Positions 62,869-64,000 of a DNA stretch of 64,000 nt are shown here, piece after piece. The notes below the pieces were generated by a model. That model had not been told where the DNA came from and made no database searches. It saw nothing but the letters and a program-made list of their open reading frames with translations. Origin of the DNA: an uncultured Anaerolineaceae bacterium (GTDB taxonomy: Bacteria > Chloroflexota > Anaerolineae > Anaerolineales > UBA4823); the NCBI GenBank assembly GCA_964606085.1, contig CAZSFD010000014.1, forward strand, positions 3,469-67,468, given 5' to 3'. Positions within the stretch are counted from its first letter, which is position 1, and each line of letters opens with the position of its first letter. Position numbers and translations under genes: made by a program.

Positions 62869-64000
62869 CACTTTGGCGCTGCCTGGTATCCCGAACACTG
62901 GTCTGAAGAACGCTGGCCCGAAGATGTGCGCCTGATGAAAGAAGCCTTCTTCACGGTTGTGCGTGTCGGCGAGTTCGCCTGGTCAACCTTTGAGCCTGCG
63001 CCCGGCCAATTCAACTTCGACTGGCTCGACCGCGCCATCCAGCTTTGCGCCGCTAACGGCATCGTCACCGTCATCGGTACGCCCACCGCCGCCCCGCCCG
63101 CCTGGTTGACCTATGCCACGCCCGATAGCCTCGCAGTGGATGAATATGGCCGCCGCGCCCAGCATGGCAACCGCTGTCACTACTGCCCCACCTCGCCCGC
63201 GATGATCGCCGCCTCGCAGCGCATCGTGGCAGCGATGGCGGAGCATTACGCCGGGAACCCCCACGTCATCGGCTGGCAGACCGACAACGAATTTGGCCGC
63301 CAGTGCTATTGCGAGCGCTGCCGGGCGCTGTTTCAGCAATTCCTTCAGCAGCGCTACGAAACGCTCGACAACCTCAACGCCCGCTGGTCTACCGCCTACT
63401 GGAGCCAGACCTACTCCGCCTGGGAGCAAATCCCTATCCCCATGGGCGGCCACAACCCCGGCCTGATGCTCGAATGGAAGCGCTTCGTCTCGAAGTGCAA
63501 TACCGACTTCCAAAAGGTGCAGGTGGAAATCCTGCGCCCGCATCTGCCCGAAGGCGTGTGGATTGCGCACAACTTCATGGGCTGGTACGACGGCTTCGAC
63601 CACTACGAACTGTCGCAAGACCTCGACCTGGCCTCGTGGGATGCCTACGTTGGCACCGGCCACCACGATTACACCACCCTGGCGGCCTACCACGACCTGG
63701 TGCGTGGCTTCAAACGCAAGAATTTCTGGATCATGGAGACGCAGCCCGGCACGGTCAACTGGTCGCCGGTGAACAATGCACTGTATAAATGGGAGGCGCG
63801 GGCGATGGCCTGGCAGGCCGTGGCGCACGGCGCGGAGGCCATCTTGTGGTGGCAGTGGCGCTCGGCCCTCGGCGGCCAGGAGCAGCTCCACGGCACGCTG
63901 GTAGACCAATCGGGCCAGCCGCGGCCCTTCTACCAGGAAGCGCAGCAGATTGGCAAGGAATTCGCCGCATTGTCAGACCTGGTGGCGGGCAGCAAGGCCG
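62833..64000 (+). CDS. Glycoside hydrolase family 42 beta-galactosidase (3' end outside window; absent from the ORF track)
   Basis: Manual translation from ATG 62833 gives MLPPSPAPSPRLHFGAAWYPEHWSEERWPEDVRLMKEAFFTVVRVGEFAWSTFEPAPGQFNFDWLDRAI...IGWQTDNEFG..CYCERC...WIMETQPG. The frame is open to the window end and appears collinear with Thermus-type GH42 enzymes as recalled from memory (no alignment run). Confidence 0.85.
   Translation, partial: MLPPSPAPSPRLHFGAAWYPEHWSEERWPEDVRLMKEAFFTVVRVGEFAWSTFEPAPGQFNFDWLDRAIQLCAANGIVTVIGTPTAAPPAWLTYATPDSLAVDEYGRRAQHGNRCHYCPTSPAMIAASQRIVAAMAEHYAGNPHVIGWQTDNEFGRQCYCERCRALFQQFLQQRYETLDNLNARWSTAYWSQTYSAWEQIPIPMGGHNPGLMLEWKRFVSKCNTDFQKVQVEILRPHLPEGVWIAHNFMGWYDGFDHYELSQDLDLASWDAYVGTGHHDYTTLAAYHDLVRGFKRKNFWIMETQPGTVNWSPVNNALYKWEARAMAWQAVAHGAEAILWWQWRSALGGQEQLHGTLVDQSGQPRPFYQEAQQIGKEFAALSDLVAGSKA

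Noticed and set aside
61828-63909. Minus-strand ORFs 61828-62898 (356 aa) and 62983-63909 (308 aa)
   Set aside because: They lie opposite the well-supported Gfo/Idh/MocA and GH42 genes and are shadow ORFs.
1-64000. Search by eye for tRNA, rRNA, RNase P or tmRNA-like sequences, retron or DGR reverse transcriptases, toxin-antitoxin pairs and known defence genes
   Set aside because: I could recognise none. Absence is not proven without tRNAscan-SE, Infernal or DefenseFinder runs.

Overview
Visibly GC-rich bacterial chromosomal window with about 50 protein-coding genes. I recognise no rRNA, tRNA, CRISPR array, transposase or integrase. The gene content suggests a monoderm, polysaccharide-degrading organism of the Chloroflexota type; this is inference only. 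It includes many Pro/Thr-rich envelope linkers, LCP and LysM proteins, a Hanks kinase with an FHA partner, and glycoside hydrolases of GH3, GH4, GH42, GH63-like and GH65 type. Housekeeping anchors are rnhA (partial), recJ, a ROK glucokinase, yvcK, gap-pgk-tpiA, nadD-obg, rex, moeA and tlyA. The window is dominated by one uninterrupted 9.7-kb ORF (20231-29974, minus) encoding a 3,247-aa secreted mosaic protein. Its transglutaminase-like core has Ser where the catalytic Cys is expected. Other unusual observations: (a) a family of short-period (7-9 nt) repeats that form hairpins in intergenic spacers, supply a stop codon and a start codon, and are translated in frame inside the giant ORF; (b) a 145-bp multi-hairpin element in about 2.2 tandem copies; (c) seven tandem octamers in the obg/rex divergent region; (d) an 800-aa sensor kinase whose phospho-acceptor His is Gln, translationally coupled to LysM and LCP genes with no response regulator nearby; (e) a divergent FHA-winged-helix regulator and tail-anchored Ser/Thr kinase pair; (f) several extended -10 promoters placed so close to the ATG that the mRNAs should be leaderless. 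One real gene, a GH42 beta-galactosidase running off the 3' edge, is missing from the supplied ORF track. All functional calls rest on motif-level reading of the translations; no database search was possible.
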